From Chrysomallon squamiferum (Eukaryota; Animalia; Mollusca): a stretch of DNA of 64,000 bases. The notes under the pieces are model-generated. The model searched no databases and was not told the origin of the DNA. It was given only the letters and a program-made list of their open reading frames with translations. The position numbers and the translations under genes were made by a program. Position 1 is the first letter of the stretch. Every line of letters begins with the position of its first letter. The stretch covers positions 15,376,001 through 15,440,000 of the forward strand of contig CM022679.1 of assembly GCA_012295275.1 (NCBI GenBank). The letters run 5' to 3'. Positions 62,241-64,000 of the stretch are shown here, one piece after another.

Positions 62241-64000
62241 TTTATTTTTTTTTTTTTTTTTTTTTTTTTGTGATTAGAGGGGGAAAAAATCATTCACTTT
62301 TAATATCCACAACCATATTTATGAAATTAGTTTAAATAGCTAGTTATAAAAGTTGCTTATAAAAGTATAATAATATTTATTAGTTCATTTAAAATTATAT
62401 GAATTAATGGTCTAATAAAATGCTTTATATTTTCAAGTTATTATTTTACTGTTTTATCTGACCTACCATCATTTATGATATTAACAGTAAAATAAAATGT
62501 TAAAAACATTAGAACACTCCTATTTTCCCAGATGGTGAGATCCATGGCAGAATGATAGCCACATTTTTATGGCAAAATGTGGATAAAAACTTTAGAACAA
62601 ATGAGTCATGTATGCAATGTCTTTATACTACTACATCTGTTGGTTTTAATTAAGAATGGATGACAAAAAAAAAAAAAAAAAAAAAAAAAAAGCACAAACC
62701 AAAAAATAACAACAGCAACAAAAACAAACATGAAACAAACAAAAAAAACCCAACACAAATAATATATAACTTTGAAGTATTTAGTATTTACATTATATCA
62801 CAAAAGATACAATTTAACATAATTTGGGTCTGAAACAGAGGTGTTTTATTAAATTAATTATTTATATATTTTTGGTTTCATCTGTATTTTATATCTGTTT
62901 TATTAATCAGGTATGCAGGATTACAACTATTTGGAAACAAACTGTTTTGAAATCACTCTTGAGCTTGGCTGTGACAAATTTCCCCCAGCTTCACAACTTG
63001 AGAAAGACTGGAAAGAAAATGAAAATGCCCTAGTGGCCTTCATGTTAGAGGTAAACAAAAAACAAACTTTTAGTTTAGTAGTCTACTGAACATTTTGTAA
63101 AGGTTTATGTCTTCACAAATTATTAAATATAATTTTAAAAATGATACAAGTCTTGATTGTGTGATGGTACAGATTGAAGTTTTGATGGATGATAGTATTT
63201 GTTAATAATTTTCATCCATTTGTAAGTAAATCATATCTTTTAAGTAAGCTTATTGACTTTGGCTTGAATGTAGTCCTAATCAATCATTATGGAAAACACT
63301 GTTTAATCTTCATTGCAGTATTAATAATTTTATTAAGAATGTATTTTTCTAAATCAGAGCCAGATTGGTGTGAAAGGCATTATAAAAGACATTGATGGGA
63401 AGGCATTGAAAGGAGCAGAAGTGAAGGTGTACAATATGTCCACAGGAAAGGATGTATACATTCCACATGACATTATCTCCAGTAAGTAATACACATTATT
63501 ATTATTATTACTAAGTAGTCATAATGGAGTTGAAGTTTTATTGTATTGTTGTTGGTTTTGTTTTATAATTATAATTATTTATTATTGTTATTATTATTAT
63601 TTGAAACCTTGGCATTTTTATTTATCTCAGACATATTTTAAAACTAAGAAAAAAGTTAACATAGTATAAATTAAAAATATACATATAATTTTATTTATTT
63701 ATTTATTTATTTATTTATTTGTATTTATTTAGTGTTTGTATTATTATCTTTTTTTCTCTCACCTGTAAAATATCTGAATAAAAAACATCAGAAACTACAT
63801 AATGCAACAGTAACAGATATTTATGCTGGATTAATCTGATTGCTGTAAAAAGCTAGTTAAAATGCAATTTATTTAGATGATAAATTTAAGAAACCCATGA
63901 TTTCAGATGCTGATGGTGACTATTATCGCCTTCTTGTTGATGGCTTCTACAAGGTGAAGGTCTCTGCTCCTGGCTACCACCCAATGTCACAGTGTGTTAT
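54764..64000 (+). CDS. CPE: M14B (N/E-type) zinc carboxypeptidase, carboxypeptidase E-like; 3' end beyond the window
   Basis: Exons 54764-54980, 60648-60850, 61172-61342, 61664-61827, 61986-62125, 62911-63050, 63358-63481, 63907->64000. Signal peptide [17 protein letters not shown]. Motifs [79 protein letters not shown] (catalytic Glu intact), GDYYRLL. CPE versus other N/E members is inferred. Confidence 0.88.
55640..55960. repeat. Diverged ~150 bp tandem duplication in CPE intron 1
   Basis: AGTTATTTCTAGAT...TGTTAAATAAGAAAATGA...CATTTAACATGG.TTATGTCATT...ACAGAACACAAAGGC.AAACTA occurs twice. Confidence 0.8.
62165..62269. repeat. (TAT)n microsatellite followed by poly-T
   Basis: Direct reading. 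Confidence 0.95.

Overview
AT-rich, microsatellite-rich animal genomic DNA with spliced genes (GT-AG introns). It looks invertebrate, possibly molluscan; the taxon is my inference only. The left 35 kb is a recent tandem duplication with a period of about 18.3-18.8 kb. Each unit holds a 15-coding-exon SLC5A8/SMCT-like sodium:solute symporter, a decayed Ty3/Gypsy pol remnant and Tigger-type elements. Copy A has a 1-nt frameshift in exon 11, while copy B is intact (651 aa). The right part holds two head-to-head gene pairs: SLC25A16(-)/CAMLG(+) and TFAM(-)/carboxypeptidase E-like(+, runs off the window). The most notable observations are: a TFAM with a long basic, protamine/H1-like tail ending in a perfect LC8-binding KSTQT motif; a templated 23-bp insertion plus an extra base damaging SLC25A16 exon 5; recurring locally templated insertions; and paralog differences in the SLC5 substrate-pathway helix. 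I found no CRISPR array, rRNA, tRNA or prokaryote-type system. All gene models were built by eye from splice sites, phase and recalled family motifs.
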